Positions 30,582-38,964 of a stretch of DNA of 64,000 nt are shown in pieces; within the stretch, counting starts at the first letter, position 1, and each line of letters opens with the position of its first letter. Origin of the DNA: Oscillospiraceae bacterium (GTDB lineage Bacteria; Bacillota; Clostridia; Oscillospirales; CAG-382); the NCBI GenBank assembly GCA_015065165.1, contig SVQU01000008.1, positions 3,324 to 67,323 on the forward strand. Direction: 5' to 3'. The position numbers were made by a program, and so were the translations under genes. A model generated the notes under the pieces. The model was not told the origin of the DNA, ran no database searches, and saw only the letters and a list, made by a program, of their open reading frames with translations.

Positions 30582-32708
30582 TTATTCGGTTTTTTTGGGT
30601 TTAACTATAACAGCCGCCGCTACGCCCACCATAGCAAGGGCAAGACCGATTAATACAACCAAAAGCCACGGAGGTATCTCGGAATCCACACCCAGGGGCA
30701 AAGGCTCGGCAGAAACAACGGGACGGCGGTTTTCCTCGGGCTCTTGCGGTTTGGTAACCGAAACCGAAATCATTATCGGCTCGGTACGGTTAAATCCGTC
30801 GTTAACGCAAACCGTAAAGCTGTCGGTACCCTCGAAACCGTTGTCGACGCTGTAAATCAACTTGTTTTTACTTGCCGCCGCAACAACGTTTCCGTGCTCG
30901 GGGCGGATGGGAAACTCAATGGTTATATTTTCGGCATAGGAATCGATATCCTTAATTTCGAAATCAAAATTAATTTGGGTATCACCGAAAATAATTTCCG
31001 CCTCGGTTTCCACCTCGACAGTGGGAGGCATATTTATATAGTTGTTATTTATATGGTTGTAGGTAAGGTCATAAAGACGTCTTAGATAATTTCCCTTTGG
31101 GGTGCTTTTATCGGCATAGCAAAATTCATAAAGAGTGCCCGGAGCCATATCCTGCTCGTAAATATTCAAAGCCGCGGAATAGCCGTATTTTCTGCCGTAG
31201 AACATATAGCTTTCGTAGTTGTGTCCCGCTGTCAGATAATCCTCGTCGCCTTGGAGATAATCCAGAAGCGCCCCCGTTTCGATTTCGGCGCTCATTCGGT
31301 TATTATAAATACTGCGGCTGTATTCGGGAAGCATTTCGGGGAGAAAGCCCTTGGGGGAAAGCTCGCCCTTCATAACCGCAACCGAAAATCCGAAATCTCT
31401 CCATTGGTGGAAGCCTGCGGAAAGATAACCAAAGGAGCAAAGGGTTTTATAGCCTTTGCCATTGATATATCGGTTTGCTTGAATTAAAAGCTGCGCTTCG
31501 TGGTCGGAATAGTAAAAATCCACCTCATCCTCCGGCCAATAGAAACCGCAAAGCTCAAGATTTTTATAATCGTTAATTCTGAATTGGGTTATACATTCAT
31601 TCACATACCATTTTATTATCGCCAATCTATCATCCAAGGTGGCGCAATAATCAACGATACCGTCGCCGTTTACATCGCCAAAGGGGGTGTCGGACAGAAC
31701 GGGATAGGGCACCGAAAGCAAAACACCGAATTTTTCGTTGCTGTCAAGGGTGGCATTTACCTTGCCCACAACCTTGTTAAGAGCGCTTAAATCCTGACCT
31801 GCGGTAAAGGTGTGCTCCAAATAAAGCTGAAAATCGCTCATTACGGCGGGGGCATCGTCGGTTTTGTAAAGTCTTCCGCCCGAAGGGTAAACCCCGTTGC
31901 AGGGCAACAAAATTGCGCTGTCGAACATTCTGCCCGAAATTTCGCCGTTTTTGTTTATATACGCCACATAGGGCAATAATTCCGCCTCGGTAAGAACGCC
32001 GACCGACGGGTCCTTTGCCCAATAACCGTTATACAGCTTGACGATATCGCTATATTTATTAATATCACCCGTATATCCGCCCGAGGTATTGGAAACGGTA
32101 ACCCTCGGTTTTCTTTCGTTGCCCGAAAGTTCTTTTTTACCCTTAACACGAATTTCGTCGCAATAGGCAAAGCCCTCGCAGGAATATTCCACACGCACGT
32201 ATCGGGCGGCGTAATTGCTGTCCAAGGGGATTTTCACGCTTCGTCTTGCGCTTTTACCGTCTGTTGAAGAAGTATATTCTCGGTTATATTCCTTAACCGT
32301 TTCGTAATTTTCGCCATCGGCGGAAAGGTGTATTTTAATATAACGAGGCGCAAAAATATCGTTTGCGGGGTCTTCTAAAAAGCCTGCTTCTATACCCGAA
32401 ACCGCGCTGATTTTCTCCAAATCAAAGGTGATTATACGGCTTTTGCCGCTATAAGCGCGAAACCAAAGGTCCGAAATTTTTGTAGGTTGGGCGGTTTTAG
32501 AATCGGTCAGCGCGCCCGTATCGCGGTTAAACTCAAAGCCTTCCACAATTAAATCGCCGTAGGTTTTGGAGATAGGTTCTCCCGTTTCAACAGTATATTC
32601 AAGCCCCAACGCAAGGTTAATATCTTCACCCTCGGCAAAAGCGCAAAGCGGAAGAACACCGCAGAAAAATGCGGCGGCAAGGATAAATGCGATAATTTTT
32701 TTGCCCAT
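30582..32708 (-). CDS. Secreted, C-terminally membrane-anchored protein with an N-terminal discoidin (F5/8 type C)-like domain, a large DUF4855-like (putative glycan-active) core and an Ig/cadherin-like domain
   Basis: Signal peptide MGKKIIAFILAAAFFCGVLPLCAFA. Discoidin-like pattern: ITFDLEKISAVSGIEAGF...PRYIKIHLSADGENYETV...ARYVRVEY...CDEIRVKG. C-terminal TM helix plus KPKKTE. ATG 32708 follows GGAGG. The DUF name is from memory. Confidence 0.55.
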   Translation of the reverse strand: MGKKIIAFILAAAFFCGVLPLCAFAEGEDINLALGLEYTVETGEPISKTYGDLIVEGFEFNRDTGALTDSKTAQPTKISDLWFRAYSGKSRIITFDLEKISAVSGIEAGFLEDPANDIFAPRYIKIHLSADGENYETVKEYNREYTSSTDGKSARRSVKIPLDSNYAARYVRVEYSCEGFAYCDEIRVKGKKELSGNERKPRVTVSNTSGGYTGDINKYSDIVKLYNGYWAKDPSVGVLTEAELLPYVAYINKNGEISGRMFDSAILLPCNGVYPSGGRLYKTDDAPAVMSDFQLYLEHTFTAGQDLSALNKVVGKVNATLDSNEKFGVLLSVPYPVLSDTPFGDVNGDGIVDYCATLDDRLAIIKWYVNECITQFRINDYKNLELCGFYWPEDEVDFYYSDHEAQLLIQANRYINGKGYKTLCSFGYLSAGFHQWRDFGFSVAVMKGELSPKGFLPEMLPEYSRSIYNNRMSAEIETGALLDYLQGDEDYLTAGHNYESYMFYGRKYGYSAALNIYEQDMAPGTLYEFCYADKSTPKGNYLRRLYDLTYNHINNNYINMPPTVEVETEAEIIFGDTQINFDFEIKDIDSYAENITIEFPIRPEHGNVVAAASKNKLIYSVDNGFEGTDSFTVCVNDGFNRTEPIMISVSVTKPQEPEENRRPVVSAEPLPLGVDSEIPPWLLVVLIGLALAMVGVAAAVIVKPKKTE

Positions 32709-32837
32709 TATGTTCCTCCGTTTCATATGCTTGCAGAATTTTTTGGAATTCTGTAGGTTGTTCTTATTTTTTATTATATTTTATACTTTATCAAAAATCA
32801 AGGGGTGTTAATATAATTATTATAGGGAGTGATAACT

Positions 32838-33803
32838 ATGAAAGCAAATATATACAGAAATTTTACGCTCGACAACTCTCTTGCGGCAATTTCGGCAACC
32901 CCTTTGGAAAGCCACACCCTTGCCACCGACGGCAGAAACTGTATTATACACCAAATCGACACTTGTGGCAGAAGCATCGGATGTCAAGCAACGTTGAGAC
33001 CTTTAAGGCGGTTAAGAAGCTATGGCTTTGGCTGTAGATTTACGGCTTTGGGCTGTTGCAACGACAAAACCTTGTATTTTTTGGACGAGAATTTGACCGA
33101 AACAGGCGCAGTGAGGTTGGATACAAGAAGCCTGCTGAATTGCAGAAGCTTTGGCGGATATTATAACTCGGGTAATTGCGGTTGTAACAACGGTTGCGGT
33201 AACGGTTGCAGCAACGGGGGCGGTTCGAGCTGCGGTTGTAACAATGGTTGTGGTTGTAACAATGGTTGCAGTTGTAACAATGATTGCGGTTGTAACAATG
33301 ATTGCGGTTGTAACAATGATTGCGGTTGTAACAATGGTTGCGGCGTATGTAACGGCGGAGGCAGTTGTAACAATAATTGCAGTATGTTATGCACGTGGGA
33401 TTGCGGATTGGCAAGCGAGCCTTTTTCGGAGCTTACGGATGCATCTCTGACCCAAATCGGAAACGAAACCTATATCGTAGGGGTATTTCCCAAGGGCGCT
33501 TATCTTTTCGACACAAACGGAACGCTTATAGAACAGCTTTGCAAAACCGACGGCAATGAAATTTTAACCGATTTTATTTATCTTCAAAGCGGGATTTTTG
33601 CCTTGTCTACCCTTTGCGGTAATCTGCGTACCGTTTCGGTTTATGACAACGGAAACGCCCAAAGCGGTATTTTGGACAGAAGCCACACCTTGAGAATGCT
33701 TATTGACGTTAACGGCGAAATATACGGACTTTTCGGGCAAAATTATATATACAATCGGATTGTAAAAATATATTCGGGCATATTAACGCTTCCCAAGGGT
33801 TGA
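32838..33803 (+). CDS. Hypothetical protein with an internal Cys/Asn/Gly-rich CGCNN[GD] repeat tract
   Basis: ATG 32838 lies 8 nt after GGGAG. No signal peptide. There are 22 Cys in a 79-residue stretch (33171..33407), flanked by beta-rich N- and C-terminal parts. Confidence 0.7.
   Translation: MKANIYRNFTLDNSLAAISATPLESHTLATDGRNCIIHQIDTCGRSIGCQATLRPLRRLRSYGFGCRFTALGCCNDKTLYFLDENLTETGAVRLDTRSLLNCRSFGGYYNSGNCGCNNGCGNGCSNGGGSSCGCNNGCGCNNGCSCNNDCGCNNDCGCNNDCGCNNGCGVCNGGGSCNNNCSMLCTWDCGLASEPFSELTDASLTQIGNETYIVGVFPKGAYLFDTNGTLIEQLCKTDGNEILTDFIYLQSGIFALSTLCGNLRTVSVYDNGNAQSGILDRSHTLRMLIDVNGEIYGLFGQNYIYNRIVKIYSGILTLPKG
33231..33338 (+). repeat. Six in-frame tandem 18-bp repeats (TGCGGTTGTAACAATGRT), each encoding CGCNN[GD]
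   Basis: Units start at 33231, 33249, 33267, 33285, 33303 and 33321. Units 4 and 5 are identical, and the others differ by 1-2 nt. Degenerate copies flank the array (33171-33230 and 33339-33407). Confidence 0.95.
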
Positions 33804-33823
33804 AAATTGTATATCAAGCAATA

Positions 33824-33853
33824 AAATACCCATTGAAAGGCGGTGGGTATTTT
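33824..33853 (+). terminator. Intrinsic terminator after the Cys-repeat gene
   Basis: AAATACCCA-loop-TGGGTATTT stem followed by a T-rich stretch. Confidence 0.6.
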
Positions 33854-33994
33854 GATTTGTCAAGCCGTTTTTATGACAACGGCATAAATTTTTTAAAAAA
33901 GAATATAAATGTTTTCAAGAGAGAGCGAAATTCGAGAAACATTCACGGTCGGTCCGACGTATACACTCGACTCTCTCGGAGAGGATGAAAACAA

Positions 33995-34507
33995 ATGAAA
34001 AAATCACTTGCCCTTTTAATGGTGTTAATACTTTTGTTTGCGGTTGCCTGCGCGAGCACTGCGCCGCACCGAAAAAGCATTTCTCTGCCCCTACGCTTTA
34101 CCGCGAATTTAAAGGGAACAAGCTCTGAATTTAACGTAATCATTACCGAAGACGAATGTATTATCGGATTTGACGAGAACCACCCCTTGTACGGTACCGA
34201 GCTTAGGTTTGATTCCTCGGGCGGAAGGGCGACTGTGGGAGATTTTTCAAGAGAGGTGGATTTGGACATTTTCCCTGCTCAAAAGGCGCTTTTGGAGGCA
34301 TTCCGAGGCATTTCATCGGGGAATGTAACCAAAACCGAAGAAGGCAACCAAACGCGGTATACTATTGACAAAATGACGATAATGGTATACTATGATGAAG
34401 ATAATAAAAACATAATCGGCATTGAAACGGAGGAAAACGGCAGGCGGTTTGCATTTGACATCGCCAAGCTTGAAGCCTATGAGATACAGAGCGACAGCGC
34501 AGGTTAA
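33995..34507 (+). CDS. Hypothetical lipoprotein
   Basis: MKKSLALLMVLILLFAVAC signal and lipobox-like cysteine. 170 aa. Its 3' end overlaps the alr start. Confidence 0.65.
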   Translation: MKKSLALLMVLILLFAVACASTAPHRKSISLPLRFTANLKGTSSEFNVIITEDECIIGFDENHPLYGTELRFDSSGGRATVGDFSREVDLDIFPAQKALLEAFRGISSGNVTKTEEGNQTRYTIDKMTIMVYYDEDNKNIIGIETEENGRRFAFDIAKLEAYEIQSDSAG

Positions 34508-35573
34508 TTTAGACACCATAAAGCGCAATTACAATTACATAAAATCGCTCACCAAGGGCAGAGTTATGGCGGTTGTAAAGGCAGATGCCTACGGCCACGG
34601 CGCAGAACGGGTTGCAAAGGAGCTTTCCCAATTGGGTTGTACGGATTTTGCCGTTGCCTGCCTTAGCGAGGCTGAGCACCTAAGAGAATGTGGAGTTAAG
34701 GGCAATATTCTTATTCTCGCACCCACCGACGAATCGATGGTTTCGATTATTACAAAGGGTGATTTTATTCAGGCAACAGACAGCTTTGAATATTCAAAAA
34801 CCCTTGCGGAGCACGGAAAAATAAAGGTGCATATCAAGGTTGATACGGGTATGTCCCGAATTGGGATATATTGCCATTCCTTGGATGATGTTTCAAACGC
34901 CGCCGACGAAATAGAGAAGATTTCCAAGCTGGAAAACATATCCATAGACGGAATTTTCACCCATTTTGCAGACAGCGACAGCAACGACAGAAGCTTTACC
35001 GAAAAGCAATTTTCGGTGTTCAAGGCGCTTCTTGAGGAATTGGCAAGGCGCAACATCAACGCGGGAACTAAGCATTGCTGTAACAGCGCGGCAACGCTTA
35101 ATTATCCCGAAATGCATTTGGATATGGTGCGCGCGGGGATTATTCTTTACGGTCTTGCGCCGTCGGAATATTGCGAAAACGAAAACATTATTCCCGCTAT
35201 GAAGTTTTCGGCAAGGGTTTGCGCCGTGCACAAGCTTAACAAGGGCGATTGCGTTAGCTACGGATGCACCTACACAGCCGAAAGAGATACCAAGGTTGCG
35301 GTTATTTCCATTGGTTATGCCGACGGATTCTCGCGGGTTTATTCGGGCAAGGAATTAATTAAAATCAACGGCAAAAAATTTGCCACCGTGGGCAAAATTT
35401 GTATGGATATGTGTATGGTTGATTTGGGCGCAGATTTCCCCTGTAAGGTTGGGGACGAAGCGATTATTTTCGAAAATGCCGAAGAAATACAGCTTTTGGC
35501 AGACGCCATGGGCACTATAAATTACGAAATATTATGCTCGCTTAAGCACCGCGTTTTATTGGAATATATTTAA
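34479..35573 (+). CDS. alr: Alanine racemase
   Basis: Has the PLP-lysine motif AVVKADAYGHG, then VDTGMSRIG and YADGFSR. Start placed at ATG 34479 (MRYRATAQVNLDTIKRN), not the track's 34422. Confidence 0.93.
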   Translation: MRYRATAQVNLDTIKRNYNYIKSLTKGRVMAVVKADAYGHGAERVAKELSQLGCTDFAVACLSEAEHLRECGVKGNILILAPTDESMVSIITKGDFIQATDSFEYSKTLAEHGKIKVHIKVDTGMSRIGIYCHSLDDVSNAADEIEKISKLENISIDGIFTHFADSDSNDRSFTEKQFSVFKALLEELARRNINAGTKHCCNSAATLNYPEMHLDMVRAGIILYGLAPSEYCENENIIPAMKFSARVCAVHKLNKGDCVSYGCTYTAERDTKVAVISIGYADGFSRVYSGKELIKINGKKFATVGKICMDMCMVDLGADFPCKVGDEAIIFENAEEIQLLADAMGTINYEILCSLKHRVLLEYI

Positions 35574-35595
35574 TACATTTGATAAATACAAAACA

Positions 35596-35630
35596 AAATC
35601 CTTGGTTCGCCGAAGCGAACCAAGGATTTT
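35596..35630. terminator. Bidirectional intrinsic terminator between alr and the dockerin-protein gene
   Basis: 16-bp perfect stem AAAATCCTTGGTTCGC / GCGAACCAAGGATTTT with a CGAA loop. Confidence 0.85.
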
Positions 35631-35646
35631 TATTATTGATTTTCGT

Positions 35647-36201
35647 TTATACCCAGCCGTCGGACCAGCCGTCGCCCACAGGAGGATTAGAGGATTCGTA
35701 AGGGTCGCATTTATAGGCCTTGTTAATGTCGTAAGTGCCGAAGTAAGCGCGTTTAACCTTGATATAGTTCATAGCGCGGATATCATCGCCCTCCATAACC
35801 TCTGCCGCACGCATCGCGGTAGCCGTTAGATTGTACTGACCTAAAACCGCGCGCTTTACTGCAAGGTAATCCATAGAGCCCAAGTTTCCGTCGCCGTCAA
35901 CATCTCCCATAACAACCAAGTTATAGAACAGGTTGTTATTAAGGCGAATTTTAAAGCCTGTACCGATATTAACGTCGGCATCTGCGGCAACCTCTTGTTG
36001 ATTTTTGTTGTAAATTTTCACGTCGTAAGATGAAAAAATATCGCGAAGAACGGTTTGAGGTGTATTAAGACCTATGCCGCAAAGTCTGCCCGATTCTACA
36101 ACGGGTTTGAAATCGACAACCTTTGCCGATGCGGTAGCGGAAAACGCCGAAGAAATTAAAACAACGGCAAGAACCAAAGCCAGAACCTTTGAGAATTTCA
36201 T
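35647..36201 (-). CDS. Small secreted dockerin-domain protein
   Basis: Signal peptide ending in ATASA. It has two calcium-binding dockerin repeats, GDVDGDGNLGSMDYLAVKRAVLG and EGDDIRAMNYIKVKRAYFG. Confidence 0.8.
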   Translation of the reverse strand: MKFSKVLALVLAVVLISSAFSATASAKVVDFKPVVESGRLCGIGLNTPQTVLRDIFSSYDVKIYNKNQQEVAADADVNIGTGFKIRLNNNLFYNLVVMGDVDGDGNLGSMDYLAVKRAVLGQYNLTATAMRAAEVMEGDDIRAMNYIKVKRAYFGTYDINKAYKCDPYESSNPPVGDGWSDGWV

Positions 36202-36205
36202 AAAC

Positions 36206-37030
36206 TTATACCTCCGTTATACTGTCGGGCGATTGCAACGCTTTATTGCCCGCTTCTATTATACCCATAACCGCAACGGTTTCGTCGTGTTGGGCAAAAA
36301 TTTCACCGTCTTTAAAAAACTGACACAAGGATTTGATGAAATTGGGGAAATAATTGTTCATTTGCGGAACCTCCAAGGCGGTTCCGTCTTTATATTTAAC
36401 CGTCATCTGAAAATCGTCGAAGCCGTGCTCCATAGTGGCTTTTCTGCCCCCCGCAAAGTTCATTTCGATGCCCTCGCGGTTATCACCCAGCGCCTTTACT
36501 GTTTCAACGTCGCTTCCCATAAGCGTTACAATAGGCTCAATTTGATGGATGGAATAGGTGTCGAAATGTCCGGGACCGCGGGAGATGATTTCAACGATAC
36601 CCTCTTTACAAACCGTCTTAAGCTCATCCGAAAAACGCAAAGCCGAGGAGGACCAAAATGGAGTTTTGTTGTCCTCGCCGTTTTTAACAATTTCCTTTGC
36701 AATCGCCTTTGTGGGTGCAAAGGTTTTATCAACGTAAACAGGCTTTCCGCTTGCCAAGGGCTCGCGGCAAAGGTCAAGATGTCTTTCGGGATTATCGGGG
36801 GACAAAACGATTATACAATCGCTCTTTTCCACAACCTCGGCAATAGTTTTACAACGCTGAACACCAAACTTTTCGCACCATTGGTCGGTGGTCAAGCCGT
36901 TCGGTTTGTCGATTTCACCATAGGCATAGGCAACCATAAATTCCGAACCACATTCGTCGGCGATAAATTTGGGATAGTTATTAGCATGCCATTCGTCAAG
37001 AAAATAATCAATAAATCCGATTTTTTTCAT
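36206..37030 (-). CDS. Gfo/Idh/MocA-like oxidoreductase-fold protein (no canonical GxGxxG)
   Basis: 274 aa beginning MKKIGFIDYFLDEWHANNYP, with a DNPERHLDL...GKPVYVDKTFA pattern. The family assignment is from memory. Confidence 0.5.
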   Translation of the reverse strand: MKKIGFIDYFLDEWHANNYPKFIADECGSEFMVAYAYGEIDKPNGLTTDQWCEKFGVQRCKTIAEVVEKSDCIIVLSPDNPERHLDLCREPLASGKPVYVDKTFAPTKAIAKEIVKNGEDNKTPFWSSSALRFSDELKTVCKEGIVEIISRGPGHFDTYSIHQIEPIVTLMGSDVETVKALGDNREGIEMNFAGGRKATMEHGFDDFQMTVKYKDGTALEVPQMNNYFPNFIKSLCQFFKDGEIFAQHDETVAVMGIIEAGNKALQSPDSITEV

Positions 37031-37045
37031 TTTACAACTCCTGAA

Positions 37046-37531
37046 TTAAAGGAATATATCAAAAACAGCAACCGCGCCGGTGGCGGCAAGAAGAACGATA
37101 ATGCCTGCAATAAGCACACCCAGCGCAATAGGCAAAAAGCTCTTTTTCAAATTCAAGCCCAAGGTGATGGCAACCAAAGCGCCCGTCCAAGCGCCTGTAC
37201 CGGGGAGAGGAATAGCAACAAAGGCAAGCAATGCGGCAAAAATAGTTTTGCTTTTTATCTTTGCAACCTTGGTTTCGCCCATTTCAATGATTTTTCTAAA
37301 GGGCCAGCCGATTTTATCAAAGCCTGCAAGCCAATGCAGAATCTTGCCACCGAAAAGAATTAAAAACGGAACCGGCAAAATATTGCCCAACACGGAAACA
37401 AGATAACAAAGCCAAGCCTCGCTTTGCATTATGGATGTAACGCCTAACTTTAATATACCGTAAGGAATACCGAACCTAAGCTCGAAAACAGGAACCATAC
37501 TCCAGAGGAAGGTGTAAATGTAGTATAACAT
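37046..37531 (-). CDS. Small membrane protein, putative small multidrug export family (COG2426-like)
   Basis: 161 aa with about 4 TM helices, VPVFELRFGIPYG and AIPLPGTGAWTGAL motifs. Confidence 0.6.
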   Translation of the reverse strand: MLYYIYTFLWSMVPVFELRFGIPYGILKLGVTSIMQSEAWLCYLVSVLGNILPVPFLILFGGKILHWLAGFDKIGWPFRKIIEMGETKVAKIKSKTIFAALLAFVAIPLPGTGAWTGALVAITLGLNLKKSFLPIALGVLIAGIIVLLAATGAVAVFDIFL

Positions 37532-37543
37532 AGAATTTTTCCT

Positions 37544-38791
37544 TTAAATCGTTTGATTTCCGAAATAAACGCGCTTTAGGGTGATATAGTCCATAGAATC
37601 TATAACGCCGTTGAAGTTAACGTCGGCAACCCTGATATCTCTTATTATGTACTTGCCGAAATATGCGCGCTTGATAACGAAATAGTCCAAAGCGTCGATA
37701 ACGCCGTTGTTGTTAACGTCGCCCACCAAAGCGGGAGCAGGCGCAGGTGTAAGGGGTTCATCACCGCCAACAAAGGGAGGCGCGCAATCTAACGCATCGG
37801 TAATTTCAAAGCCTGCATTGGTAAGTGTAATCGCGCTGTCAAAATTACCCGTTGCTTCGATATTTACGTTGTAAATCGTAACCCTTTTGCCAACCTTTGC
37901 TTCGTCGGCAAATTTATCATAGTCCGCTTCGTTATCACAAGAAACACCGATGATATAGGATTCGGCAGGGATAACAACAGCGGATTTATCGCTTTCGACG
38001 GAAACGTCAAGGTCAACGTAAGAAATAATACCGTTCAAATCGGCAACAAGAATGGCAAAACCACTCATTTTATCTTGATTCTCGGTAGGGGTGCAAAATT
38101 TATTTACAAATTCGCCCACCGTGATATCTTCTTTTGCATAATAAACAAGGTTACTTATATCGTCGAGATAACCCGCAGTTGTCAGTCTGATTACATCATC
38201 GGGAAAGCTTTCGGGCATCGCAGGCTGTACCGAATATTTTATAACAACGCTTTCAAGCTCTATTTCAGCCATTGTTTCCAAGCCGGTGTTATAGGCAATA
38301 ACGTTATCGAAGCTGAATACAAGGTCGGTCAGCTTTGCATCTTTGTTAACCATAAAGGGAATGGTGATAACCAATTCATCATCGTTTACAACCGTTGCTT
38401 CGCCCATAATATCCGAAAAAGCAAGGCTGTAAAAGCCTTCGTTGGAATCCAAAACACCAAAGCCCTCCCAATCGCCGGGGTTGGCTGTCATAAGGCTTCC
38501 GAAATCACCTGCATCGCCATCCGAATCCTCGGAAGCGGTAACAAGAGGTGAAAGCATCTCTTTGTCGTAATAAAGCTCGAATTCCAAAGCGGAAATGCCG
38601 TCGCCCTCGCCGAAATTAACGTCGCGCAGAGCGAGAACAAGATTGATTTCACTGTTAGAGTTATAATAATCAGAGGTGTTTTCGGTGCATACCGAAAAGG
38701 TCTTTGTATCATCCGTAACGGTAGCGGTTGCCACAACGAACAGGGGTGCAACCACAAGCAACGCCAGGAGGATTGCCAAAAGCTTTTTCAT
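37544..38791 (-). CDS. Secreted cohesin-like plus dockerin protein (adaptor/scaffoldin-like)
   Basis: Signal peptide. The N-terminal module has a cohesin-like pattern (ISALEFELYYDKEML...FYSLAFSD...ELVITIPFMVNKDAKLTDLVFSF). The C-terminal dockerin reads GDVNNNGVIDALDYFVIKRAYFG...ADVNFNGVIDSMDYITLKRVYFG. Confidence 0.7.
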   Translation of the reverse strand: MKKLLAILLALLVVAPLFVVATATVTDDTKTFSVCTENTSDYYNSNSEINLVLALRDVNFGEGDGISALEFELYYDKEMLSPLVTASEDSDGDAGDFGSLMTANPGDWEGFGVLDSNEGFYSLAFSDIMGEATVVNDDELVITIPFMVNKDAKLTDLVFSFDNVIAYNTGLETMAEIELESVVIKYSVQPAMPESFPDDVIRLTTAGYLDDISNLVYYAKEDITVGEFVNKFCTPTENQDKMSGFAILVADLNGIISYVDLDVSVESDKSAVVIPAESYIIGVSCDNEADYDKFADEAKVGKRVTIYNVNIEATGNFDSAITLTNAGFEITDALDCAPPFVGGDEPLTPAPAPALVGDVNNNGVIDALDYFVIKRAYFGKYIIRDIRVADVNFNGVIDSMDYITLKRVYFGNQTI

Positions 38792-38964
38792 ATTGAAAAC
38801 CTTTCGAAGTGAATTTGCATACAGTTATGCTTATACTAATTTTAACAAAACAAAGAGAAAAGGTCAATAGTCCGCGGTAAATTTCATATATTTTATTGTA
38901 ATTTCCAAAAATATGTAGTATAATGATAATGAGTAAATATTGACTTTTTTGAAGGAGCGCATAT

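Noticed and set aside
33171-33407. The 18-bp repeat array considered as a CRISPR array or non-coding VNTR
   Set aside because: The units are contiguous with no spacers, are only 18 bp long, and stay in frame within a long ORF with a good RBS. The three other ORFs across it (33040..33414, 33151..33450 and 33161..33394) are just alternative-frame echoes of the same repeat.
33919-33985. Possible riboswitch or leader upstream of the lipoprotein-alr pair: GAGAGAGCGA...TCGACTCTCTC, a 10-bp stem with one bulge just before the GGAGAGG RBS
   Set aside because: It matches no riboswitch class I recognise. It is short and could be an ordinary 5' UTR hairpin. Noted only; an Rfam scan would settle it.
36074-37363. 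429-aa plus-strand ORF
   Set aside because: It crosses three separate minus-strand genes and their intergenic gaps, and no family is recognisable. It is a shadow ORF.
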